Source: Cirrosporium novae-zelandiae (Eukaryota). From it: 35,651 nt of DNA. This document shows positions 1-11,599 of the stretch, piece after piece; position 1 is the stretch's first letter; each line of letters opens with the position of its first letter. The notes under the pieces were generated by a model. The model had not been told where the DNA came from and did no database searches. It saw nothing but the letters and a program-made list of their open reading frames with translations. The DNA lies in contig JAPETS010000082.1 of assembly GCA_026023565.1 (NCBI GenBank), positions 1-35,651 on the forward strand. The letters run 5' to 3'. A program made the translations under genes and the position numbers.

Positions 1-550
1 GGGCCCGAATACCACCAAAGTATGTAATTAACGAAAATCAGGTTTATATCACTGTATGAAGCTCTTGAGAGGCTTGAAAATATATCCCTAGGAAAGTTAT
101 AGCTAATGATTTTTTTTTTCGGCTGATGTTAATGATGATGATAATAATAATAATTAAATATGAAAAGAGGATTTACTTGTCGTCTCCTTCCTTTTACTCT
201 CTTTCTCTGTGCTTGAGAAGGGTCCCTATCAAATCAAATCTCTTTCTATTTTTATACTCATCATCGACTCATCTACTCAAAAAAACACAAAAAAAAAAAC
301 AAGGTCGATTATTCCATTCATTAATCAATCGATTAATCGCCTAGACTTTGTCCCTGTCCCTGCCCCCTGCCCCCTTGCCACCAGGGCTGGATTTCGACTT
401 GGAAGCTTGGAAAAGCGAGCTCCGTTAAATGCCCACACGATTATTTAGACATTTATGCCCAGATTTAATACTTGTACTGTACCCATACATTGCAATGTTC
501 ATCTCTGCACTCTGCACTCCCTCCCGTTTTCATGACCCACCCCATCCACC

Positions 551-2443
551 CTAACCCAAAAGATCATCTAAACCACCGCCAATTTTCTGTTGGCCTGCCG
601 CATTCGGTGTTCCAGCTGTGGCTTTGGTAGAACTCATGCTTCCGAGACTTGATGTTGATGCCGTACCCCACATACCTGCACTGGCTTTTTCCTTAGCCAA
701 GCTCCCGAGATTTGGTCCCTTGGATGGTGTTCCCGTTTTCTTAATTCCCGCTCCTACCGATGCGCTGGTCCAGAGGGAGCTAAATGCATCACCGCCCGCT
801 GCTTTGGCTGCTGGTTTTGCTGAAGCGAGAGAGCCGCCAGTAGCTGTGGAGGCGATGCTAGGTGCTCGCTGGCCAGGTTGCATTGATAAACTTGAAGGGG
901 TGGAGGCAGCAGGGGGTCCCGATTGCACCGACGTGAAATAGTTGGGGGTCGCGACTTGGTAGCCGGATGCTTGCATTGATTTTGTAGATAGCGGTTGCGT
1001 GTTCATCGGTGGGGGGGAGAATGCAGGTGTGGTGGTCGATGGAGTCGCAGCGGTGCTGCTTGAACTGGACAGAGAAATGGAGGAGAAGATGTCCGCAACA
1101 TTGGTGGGTTGTGTAGCCGATATTGGTTTCGGGGCTGCGAACTGGGTGCTGGAGGTAGGATTAGAGGTTGCTGGCATTTGAAGCGCCTGGAATCCTGACG
1201 GCTGTGCGGCAGCGGCGGGCGTTATAGGCGTGGCTGACTGGAAATCGTCAAAGTCGTCGTCCGCTGTAGCAGGTTGTAGAGTTCCGAAACCATCATCTAA
1301 ACTACTACTTGCAGGTTGTTTGCCATTTGAAGCCGATGCAGACGGTGTGGGGTCGTCGAAAGAGAACAAATCCGGCTCAGGCTCCTTCTTTTTCGGCGGA
1401 GGTGCTGCTTTCTTGCTTGCCTGTCTCGAGACAGTTCCCGAGGATGTACCGCGATGAGCATCCACTTTCCGTCGTCCAGGAGCAGCTACGGCACCCTCAT
1501 CATACTCATCGTATTCCTCAAATCTGTCGCGATGTGACTGAGTCCCGGAGTACTCACCCCCCGCACTTCCTCCAAACCCTCCACCATCGCCATACACACC
1601 CCCACTATAACCTCCAAAGCCCGCCTCCTCACTCCCGAAACCACCATATCTACTTCCACTTCCACTAGAGAACCCTCCACCCAAACCACCTTCAACACCA
1701 CCAAATTTATTTTTATTCGCCCTAGACTTCTTTCTCTCTGCTCGGATTCTATCAACATCGCTCAGAAGTTCAGCAAGCTCCTTTGCTCGATTGCGCACAT
1801 TAATTCCTTGATCCTTGCCGTTCAGATCAATGTAATGGAACTGGCGCAGCATCTTGAGGAGCCCTAGGTGAGAGCGAGCGTCGTCGACGACCCGTTCAGA
1901 GCCGTTTTTGATCAGAAATTCGAGAAGTTGGAGACCCTAGAAACGCTGTCAGAGAAGAGGGCAAGGGGAATCGAAAGACAAAAGCGCAGACCTTATATAT
2001 TTGTCTCCATTCTTCAGCTGATTTATCCGTGAAGCGCTTGTAAATCATGGGCATGATTTCATTGAGTAATTGACTACATTTCACCTCTTAGACATCTGGT
2101 TCCAAAGTTTGAAACCACTCAACACTTACTAGCTAAAAGTTGCACTTGCAATTTCATTCATAAGTGTAGATGAAGCTCCCCATGGTTCATTGTTTGTAGC
2201 TTCTCGAACCTGAGCTCTTAATGTCAGCAACCCCCACTGGCGATGATTTAGGTACTATTCACGAGCCTTTGCTTCCATCTCCGTATAATTCATGACAGCT
2301 ATAATTGTGACAAAAGATTAGCTCCATGTTCAAAGTTAAAATTTAATGGCAAGGGGCTTACCATTCTGCACTTTGCGGACACCAGCTTTGATGTCGTACA
2401 GTGTCAGATTGCTGACCTGGTCCTTGAGACTAGAGAAATCCAT
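551..2443 (-). CDS. ENT3: Epsin-like ENTH-domain clathrin adaptor (Ent3/EpsinR type), 553 aa; exons 2443-2362, 2298-2267, 2209-2130, 2073-1992, 1936-551
   Basis: Spliced translation MDFSSLKDQVSNLTLYDIKAGVRKVQNAVMNYTEMEAKVREATNNEPWGASSTLM...EEWRQIYKGLQLLEFLIKNGSERV...GKDQGINVRNRAKEL is an ENTH domain. The tail carries DLFSF and DDFDDF motifs and ends LDDLLG. Exon lengths sum to 1662 nt (in frame). Intron 2 requires a GC donor. Confidence 0.93.
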
Positions 2444-2887
2444 GGCAGCAAACTCCTCAGCGAATTTTATCTCAATATGAAGGTTCTTAGATTCAACGGC
2501 CCTTGATATGCAGGTGCAAGTCGACACAGAATCAAATCGTTGTTATGTTTCTTCACGGCAAGGGTAAGAGAAGCGGAGTTGAGGATCGTTGTCCGCAGGC
2601 GCCACAAACGCAGGTGCCACAGAACGGCTCGAGAATAGCTCCTCAGCCCCTTTCGCTCCCACAACAAGTTCGCGCGACACAATTAACTATCGTTTTGGCC
2701 TTGTAAGCCGTCTCAGAACGAGTTGATGCTACTTCCTAAGATATTTCTACATTAAGCGAACAGAATTGAAGTTCAATTGTTTGAGTCGAGTTGGTGTTAT
2801 ATTGCTGTATAGATTTGTACGAATACTAATCCTACACAACCCTCCCCATTTTTTCCACCCCGCCGGCCCATTCCGGCACGCCAACCT

Positions 2888-4617
2888 CTATCTTTTAAAG
2901 TAGCTCTTCTCGAACGGCCTGAGGGAGGTATAGACCACCGCCGCGAAGCAAAAGGCGAGTTCAAATCCGATATCACCACCATAAGGGGGCTCACCAATAT
3001 GCTTGGCAATTGGGCCTACGAACCATGTCTGACTCATGCCCATTACAGCCCCAAAAACACCAAAGCAGAAGGCGACGATAGCAGCGAAACCAGGAGGAAG
3101 ATGGCGTGGCTGGTCGTAATTTTCGACCTTGTAGCCTCCGAACCCGCGAATAAAGATAAAATGCTCGGGGAGGGAGATACCTTCATAGATGGCAAGCCAG
3201 TAGCCCTAATGATGTTTTGTTAACTTGGAAATATTCAGAGACGAGATGGAAGTGGAGAAGCACATACGATAAGTAACATGAAATTCTCCAATACGTCTTC
3301 AAAGTGCGAATATCCTGGAATGGCGATGGCGCAATACACGACGGTTCCGATAAATGTCCAGATGAAACGAGGGACCATTTGCGTATATCTGCTTAGTACC
3401 TGCAGTGTCAAGGAGATGGAATAAATGTTGGGGCAGTTGTTTGCTATGATGCTAAGTGCCAAAATCACCAAGCAGAACTTTCCAAATCCTCCCAGAGGCG
3501 GAATAAGCACAGTGGCCAAAAGCCCTCCGATACCAGAGTTCTCATAGCTATCCAGATAAGACTGGTCATTATAGGAAGCAGTCATTACAGCAAGGCCAAG
3601 CATCTCGGTAAAGCAGAGAGGGAGCATCAAGCCGGCGAAGACGAAGAAGAAAACCTTGGTACGGCTAGAGTTCACGGGTTGGTAGACAGTGTAATCAGCT
3701 GCGTAGCTAGTCCAACCCGTAGCAAACCCGAAAACAGATGCGGAAAAGGAGAGCACCGAGCCGATTTCCGAGGATCCCACACCCATTGGGATATTGTAAA
3801 ATGCGCCGGAGTGTGCAAATTCTCCCAGCACGATCAAGAAAACGATAAAGGAAGGGATCCAACTCCAGAACTCGTATGCGTGTACAATTTTGTATCCGAA
3901 AAGGGTAACGAGGAAAGTGCAGACGGCGATGATGATGATACCAGCATATCCAGGGACATCGTTATTAACAGCATGGATGAGTTGGGATCCGACAATAACA
4001 TTTACAGAGGACCATCCAAGACATGCCAGAACATTGAAGACGGCAACTATGATTGTTAGAATTTAACAGGAGGCGGCAGAGCCAAGCAACATACTGAGCT
4101 TGACGCCATAATATCCAAACCAGAATCTCGACAAAACCATCTGCCTCAACCCAAAACGTGGTCCAAAGGTCGAGAAGAAGCACACTGGAAGGACGCCCAA
4201 CAGATTGAGGAAGAAGATGGTGAGAAGCGCATCCACGAATCCCATGTAGAAGACTGGAAGAGCTAGAGCGCCGATGGCGAATGCGCTGACTACCATGTTG
4301 GCAGCAAGCCACTAATATCCATGTCAGCCAAACGTATTATTACTTCTCTGCTTGAGGTTTTCACGCACCATTGTGCCCACTTTGAGCAAACTTGAATCGG
4401 TTCGCTCATCTTCTGGCACTCTCTCGATTCCTCGAGTTTCGACCTTGAATTTTGCAACGAAACGTTGGATTCTGGCGTATAGGCTGTTTCCAGTTACGAA
4501 GCTCTCGCCTGCAACATAGCCAGTCCGCTCGTCGACGTCTACATAGGTTTGCGTCTCGTGCTTTTCCGGGAGGGATCCAGCCTCGACATCATTAGTGAAA
4601 ATTTCCTTTATACCCAT
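2888..4617 (-). CDS. FCY2: NCS1-family purine-cytosine permease (Fcy2/FcyB-like), 520 aa; exons 4617-4369, 4311-4095, 4046-3268, 3205-2888
   Basis: Motifs VETRGIERVPEDER, WLAANM, FGPRFGLRQMVLSRFWFG, GWTSYAADYTVY, IANNCPNIYS, GYWLAIY, GGDIGFEL and many TM segments. Three GT-AG introns (GTGCGT, GTATGT, GTATGT donors) restore one frame. Confidence 0.92.
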
Positions 4618-4780
4618 TATCGCAGGTATGGATTCAAGGTGGTGAATCCAATTGCGGGATGTGTAATGGGATATAAAAAAATTGTAGAAGCGCGAGCGCA
4701 CACGCACACAATAAATCAAGGCAAGATTAAGGCAATGTTCAGGCAGGGGCGTCAGTTAAGATATATGGTACTCAAACTTC

Positions 4781-5390
4781 TGATAATCAGTCTGAGTCAA
4801 AGTGGTCGACAAATCAGCATTATTCAACAGAGGCAAAAGATAATCTAGCTCGACTCCAATGGAGATTGCGAGGGATAAGCAGTTCAATTCAACTGCGCGT
4901 TCCATACTGATAAGGGCAGGTTATTTAGAGGCCAAGGGCTTGCCACAAAGAAACCCTCAGTTAGTCGAGATTCGCGCTGAAGAAAAAAAAAAAGATCAAA
5001 TTAGTCAAGTAGATGTATCAATTGGAAGATGGCAGCTCGGGAGATATCAAAAACTAACTAGAACTAATCTTCTAGCGGCAGTTGATACCCTTCATGGAAA
5101 CAGTTCAACAACTAACTTCACCAACTATCGGTTAAGGCTGCGTTTTAGGATGGTGTCACCCTCTCTGGTCTTTCGACCCATGACAAAGCTTGAGAAAAGC
5201 TTGCGATAAGGTGGGCAATAAGATATCATTGGATTATTATGTCTATTGATCTGCTGGGTTGAGAGATGAATGACATTGTTTGGAAAGATACAGAAAACCA
5301 TAATTGAATCAGTGGACAAATAATAATATTCAACTCGAACCAGCGGGTCAAATCAGGGCCGAAGAAGACTTTGAGTTTAATGCCGATAAG
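4781..5390 (-). promoter_or_regulatory. Cluster of GATAA(G) elements upstream of the permease; putative AreA/Nit2 (nitrogen repression) sites
   Basis: GATAA cores at 4782, 4839, 4874, 4909, 5205 and 5385, within about 800 nt upstream of the ATG. Confidence 0.45.
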
Positions 5391-5852
5391 TTGCCGTCCA
5401 AGTTATGCCTCGGTATGCATTTATGCATACTCATAATTACAACTACTTTATGCATTCTATTCAGTAATAATAATCATTGGCATAATTAACATGGCTCGAA
5501 ACAACCTAATAGAAATATGTACCGACAGATCCTTTGGATCAAAGATACCGTTGACAACCCTTTTTGGAACCTTAGCCTTAGTATCTTGCCTGCATGTGTA
5601 ACTCCATGCAAATAAGGCCCCTCTAGACGCCTCGCTATACATATCATAACACCCATATACCCAGAGCCTTGATAACCTACGTTAACCGCCAAAAAAGTTT
5701 TGTGATAGAGAAACACTCGGATCGAGGAGACCAAATTCCATACCCATCCTGCTTGGAGACCTGCCTCACGAACTGATTCTGATTCCGACCCCCTATATAT
5801 TGCCAGTCACCCTCACAGCTTAGCTTGTCACGTTAAATATAAATGTCATCTC

Positions 5853-7159
5853 CTAACGGCGACCTACGCCTAGGTGCGGAGGTTGTGAGTACCCAGGGGC
5901 TGCGCCTGACTGGGCAAGCTCGATATTGCTTTCGGTTGTAGAGGAACCTGCTTCCCATCCTTCCCGGAAGTTCTGGGCCGCTGGAGTCTCATAGACAGCT
6001 CTTCGCTTCTTCGAACGTCTTTTAAGAAAAAGAGCTACTGCGAGGAAGGCGGCGACAAGGACGCATACAATGGCGTATGGGATGCTTCTGAGCGGCTTTC
6101 CTATCAAACTGAACCCGAGTCCACCATTGATCCATCCAAGGAAAATTATAATTGTTCCAAGAATGCGATGGGGAATCGCCAGAGGTGTCGTGTGTTTGGT
6201 TCTCTTGTAGATGATATGATGAGTCCAGCCGCCGCCTAATTGAAGTAACGTCGCACCAGTGACAAGTAAGCCGATAATCTGGTGGGCTGTACCAAACCCC
6301 TTGGTCTAAAAAGTATCAGGAGAAAACGTTACGATGGATGGGGAACGGACAGCCTTACCTTGTTAAACTGTAGACTGGAAGCAATCCCAAAGGCTGCTGC
6401 TGCCAAACCAATAACAATGGCAAGACTTTGAACAATCCAATGCAGCATAACCTTTTCCATTATTCGTAGGCAGAAAACCCCGAGAGGGAAAATGATGATG
6501 AAAACAGCAAGCATAAGAGCTCCGTGTAGTGCTGTCTTCTTGTCACCATCGGATGAGACCTCCAAAGATGTAGCTCCGTCATTGCTGTTTGCACTGGCGG
6601 GAATTCCCCCTTCACCCGTTGCAGCTTTGAGATCCATTGTAAAGATACCAAAGGCATCATGTCTTTGAATACCAGCGGTCATCGAGTTGCTCTGCAAGTC
6701 ATTATCTGGGCCCACGGCCCAGATCATACTCTGCGCAGTAGAAGTGACGTCCAAGGACCCTTCCTTCCACTCTCGACAGTTTGAGCAACGGCCGTTGACT
6801 ACCATGAGATTATCTTGAAGACCAGTCCCAAGCAATGCTGTAACCCGAAGACTGGAGTCGTAGCTGGGCTCTGAGTGACCGCTTGCGACCCGAGGACTTA
6901 GAGTAACATTTTTTCCATTAGATGATTTGTATGCTAACAGAATTAAAGCATTCTTCATCTGTTTTCCAAAGCCAATGGCAATCCAAGAATTGCCGCTGGG
7001 GCCAGACAGGTGAAAATACAGGTCATTGCTTTCATCAGGAACATTGATAGAGAAAGTGAAGTTTGGACCACCATTACCAGATTGTACGAATGTTGACGAT
7101 GGTATTGTTGCTGCGAAGGCGATAGAAGAGAAGAAAAGCAGAACTATTGAAATGGTCAT
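5853..7159 (-). CDS. CDH-type cytochrome/DOMON domain plus cytochrome b561 membrane domain protein, 417 aa; exons 7159-6359, 6305-5853
   Basis: Signal peptide MTISIVLLFFSSIAFA. DOMON-like motifs WIAIGFGKQM, LSPRVASGHSEP, GRCSNC, MIWAVGP, IQRH. TM domain with His ligands (LHGALM, LHWIVQ, AHQIIG, THHI, PHRILG). Intron 6358-6306 is GTAAGG...TTTTAG. Confidence 0.85.
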
Positions 7160-9393
7160 TGAAATGGTCAGTGCCTGATATAATTTTAAATTTAGGCTTA
7201 GTTCGTGGTGGGGGTTACTGTAGCTTACACACTAAAATTAAGCGACCGGTGGAGAAGTTCATTAGTCTCAACATAATGATAAGAATGAAATGAGTTGAGA
7301 TGATATGAGCTCTTGCTCTGCTTTCCAGAAATGCTTGATGTTCCTATCAATTTTGAGGATATGAATTCAGTTGACGGTGATATTAAAGATTTAAAGGATG
7401 GAAACCACAAGCTTGGATAAAAGCAATCGAATGAGGAGGGACCTTATTCCACGTCTCACCCAGGGCGCTATTAGCTGCCCAGGCGGTTCAGCTCCAAGGG
7501 CAAAAGGACAAATGAGTGTTGATGAATGACAACTTTTGGCTTTTGGGGCTGAGATTTATCTATGCTGGTCCTCTTTTTGCACTCAATTTGGGGGGAGAAG
7601 CATGCAGTCTTGATGCAACCATAGCCAGTCATAGTGTAGTGATTCCTAATAATCTGAATCGGAAACATGGATAACACCCGAACGAGTTTCTAAAGCGCTT
7701 TGGGAGGCGCTTTGGAAGCCGCCCAATAACAACTTCCATTCCGAGTCTTGTATTCTCTTTGGCCTTCATTGGCTACACGAGGTCCTCAAGTCTTGAGACA
7801 AATCCGACCTGTACCTGCAGCTTACCATAACTTTCTGAGATGATGCTGTGCTTCTTTAAACGGCTCATGGCTGGAATTTCGGTCCTTATTATTTCAACAT
7901 GAGACAGATATAAGAATTATCAATCCCCGGCATGCCTGAACATTGGAACCCTTTTACGCTTCTACTTTTAATCATTTCATATCATGTATCTACTACACTC
8001 GATGCAGGCTTGACTTCCACTATTGCGTTTCATACTACGGAACTACAATAATTATTGACGATACAATTACATTTCAAGCTTGATGGATGAAACCAATATG
8101 TGGGAAACTAGATACTTTATCGGTGTTTTCCTCGGCTCGTGCGATGTTCACCTCCAATTCTATGACATAGGTGATGTATTTTGATGTCAGAGAACCATGT
8201 TTTCCTCCTAATTTATCGAAACATCAAAGCTAACATTGAATGACGATGAAGACGTGTTCCTGGTGCCAGTGGGTCTCATCCTCCAGCAGTTGGGTTCTGG
8301 GGCCCTCGTAATAGTGCATCAAACAGGTTCCGAGATACACCAAGACGAAATTCAAGGAAAAAAGGCTATCCATAGCGAATATACGCAGCGAGTATAGGTC
8401 TGGAGTATGAATCAAGTTTACTTGCATTGATGGGGTCGGAATGCATTGCGCTACTTAGTACACATGTCTGTGAGTAGAACATTGGCCATTTCGGAGGTGC
8501 ATTGAATAAGTGAGGTCGATCCACGTGTGATGAGATAACACCACCCAAATGCCGCCTCTTTGATCATGGGCGATGATCTCAAGACCGTCCAGTTTCATAC
8601 TTGGTAGATGGAGGGTTAAACATGAGGGCCGTGCTACACTGGTACAGTCACGACGTATTGAATACACAGATTCACGAAAATCCTATTCGTATTTCAAATA
8701 ATGTGAATCTAGAGGATAAATATTCTTTCTTGGGTTCCAACTACTATTAATACACATATTCCGAGACGATGCACGGGGGTATAAACCTCACGTTATATTG
8801 TAAGGGTTTTTTTCACTAGAATATCTTGGAACTGTAACTTGTAAGTGTGCAAATTTCTCAGATGAAAGTAACACAATAATGATTGAATGGGATGCGGGAT
8901 ATTTATGAAACCGAAATGCAAAAATTCGAAATGAGCACAAGATAGAAAACTCGTGACAAGATGTTGGTCTCGCACTTTTTTATTCATGGCAAGAAACCAG
9001 TCTGATGTCATTAAAATCCTGGTTAGTAAAAAATAAGAAGCTTGGTCCATGCTACCTGTCAGATCATTAGTAAATTTATAGATTCTTTAGATGATTTGCG
9101 AATGATTTACGAATGATTTGCGACACATGGCCCCATCTCCGATCACTTTTTTTTATACTACCTTACTTATTCAGGAAATTCCTTGAAATATCTTCCGATA
9201 GGATCTAACAAAATACTTTGACCAAAACAAAAAAAAAATGGATGATGAAGAACTTGGCATGAATTATGTGGTCCAACTTGGCTTCCTATCATTGCATACA
9301 AAGAAGCGAGACGGGAAGCTATTATGATGGGTCTTAATGGGGTTTTAATTATCAGTTTCAAAACTCTTGACAAGTTTGTTTATTACTATGATT

Positions 9394-9421
9394 GGTCTTG
9401 GGTCTTGGGTCTTGGGTCTTG
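9394..9421. repeat. Tandem repeat (GGTCTTG)x4
   Basis: Read directly from the sequence. Confidence 0.9.
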
Positions 9422-11110
9422 TATACTTGATTTCTTGAATCAAGAGTCAAGAGGTTGAAGTAAAAAAGGATGGTGGTGTACTAATGACGTATTTTCCCCG
9501 TAGGTGTTCACGGGGTATTGCGACAATGGCGTTGGAACTTGCAAGGGTTTCCTTTCCTAACTGTTGTATAAAAGAAAATGTTGGAATGAAATTATGACCC
9601 GCGTGTGGGCCTGGGATTTTAGCTACCGTGGTATTTCAGTAGTCAACCAGTACCAGCCCCCTGGGAAGATCTGGGTATCCTGGTCCTCCCTCCTAGTACG
9701 AGTAATTACTTCCTAGCGACTTCTTGTCTTCTTTTACTTGGTAACTGTTAGCTGTTTAATGCCTCAGGCAGTGTAGCAGTTAATGCACTGCCGCATTATC
9801 CTTCCAACCTTCCAACCTTTCAAGTCTTTTTTTCACTTTTGGCTAGTTTCTATTAGAATAAGTACCTAAGTAGTTGGTGTTGACTGCGAGACACTATTGG
9901 TAAGCACACCACCATTCATCCATTCAGATGCGTCACCTGTCGGATGAGATGGAAGCCATGGACGACGAGGGGTGAAGAGTACAGTAATAATAATTGTAAG
10001 CTTCTGTAAACTAGAGTAGCATCTCCCCCTACACTATCGACTACAATAATATCACATCATTTTTCTTTGTTTTCTCCCAGACTTCTCCCTATATCTATTC
10101 CATCCTATCCAATATTAGAACCCTTACTGGATTCGTATGACCTATCTCTGGAGCCAAAGGGTATTTTTTGTTTCTTTTGCTTTCTTTGCTCCACACCAGT
10201 GAGCCATTCGGGATACTCGGAAGAAGCCGAAGGACCTTTCAAATTTAGTTGACGTTCTGGAATCCTTGCAAGGTCGTGCAAGGAGCATCATAAGTCTGGC
10301 ACTATTAGGAGACTATTGTGTATACCCAACAGACAGAAGGGAAACAGGGGAGTTAGTGAAAGTGAAGTTGTTCGAGTTCAAGTTATCAAGCGTTCAAGCC
10401 TAACAAGCCTACGTCGACGCCCTGGCAATAAACTTTTAGGGATGCATGAATAAGGACAAATTTAGAGAAAAACGGGAAAAAGGGACCTGGGGAATATTTT
10501 TTCTCATATCCGCTGCCTAGCTGGGGGGGGGGGGTATGTTTGCGGGTCTTCACGGCGATATCTTTATTCAAATAAAGGACCCTGAGAGCCATCAACATCA
10601 ACAAATTCCCTTCCAAAACACGTTCACAAAAACAAAGCGTTATTCGTCGGCATTATTATTATTATTTTATTCGAAGGAATAGAAAGCTGGGAGAAAATAG
10701 TCTATTATAGAGTTGATCATGTTTTCGGTGAGTTCATTGTCAGGCTTTACTTTCTTTCTAACCAGAGGTATTTTTTTTGCTCTTGTTCTTGTTGATCATC
10801 TCGCCGGAATTCAAAAAGATTACCGAACCAGTCGAAGGCCATCACAAGCCTGGCTCCATTATGCTCAGCTACGTCAACCTGCATCATCATCATCTACTTG
10901 GTAGTAATCCACCACTGACCATCATTGCCCACACAACCCAACTTTTCCCCCAACTTCCCCTTCAACTACTGTGATACATTCACATACGTTGCTCAAATCC
11001 TCCTTCTGCTTTTCCTCCATGAAGATCAAAACCAGAAAAACTTCAACTTCTCCGAATTAAATTAACTTAAATTCGTTTTTTATCACTCCTCTCATTCCAC
11101 CAGTGATAAT

Positions 11111-11348
11111 TGAGAACAAAAGAAAGAAACAGAGAAAAAAAGAGAAAAAAGAGAAAAAGAGAAGAAGAAAAAAAAAAAAAACAATCCGCTTCTTGGCTCT
11201 TCCCCGCCTTCTTTTTCTTCGTTTCATCTTCATCATCTCGCTTATCAACCCTACCTACTCTACCTACTCTACCTACTCTACCTACTCTACCACTACCTAC
11301 TTCGTCATACCCTGACCGCACCCCCTGCCCCCCCCCCCCCCCCCCCCC
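11111..11348. repeat. Low-complexity block upstream of the kinase: A/G-rich tract, (CTACCTACT)x~5 at 11251-11301, C21 run at 11328-11348
   Basis: Read directly from the sequence. Confidence 0.9.
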
Positions 11349-11599
11349 TTTCCCTCTATCAAAACTTACTGGTTCATCTCTCTTACCGATATCTGCTCCG
11401 TCAGCATAACCATCTTTACCCATCAATTGTCTTCAGAGCCGCAATCTCAAGGATTTGCTGTTTGGCTCATTCACTCACTCCTAAAAAGACTTTGAGAATT
11501 TACTCTTGCATATGAATTGTCCTCTCATTTGTTGAATCTAAATTTTCTACAAATACTTCACTCTTCGACGGCGGGAGAATATCCAGAAAGGCTCTAACC

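Noticed and set aside
3235..3267. Retention of permease intron 3 would end the protein in -SRL, a PTS1-like tripeptide
   Set aside because: PTS1 imports soluble matrix proteins; a truncated polytopic permease is an implausible cargo, so probably chance.
4620..5850. Possible TPP riboswitch upstream of the NCS1 transporter
   Set aside because: No TPP aptamer core (CUGAGA...GAUAAU.CCAGCG) arrangement found by reading.
8645..8656. CAGTCACGACGT resembles part of the M13/lacZ primer region
   Set aside because: Only 12 nt and the flanks diverge; not vector contamination.
11067..11426. ORFs with TLPTLP/GRVGRV/STYSTY repeats and poly-K/poly-P
   Set aside because: Translation artefacts of the 9-mer array and homopolymers.
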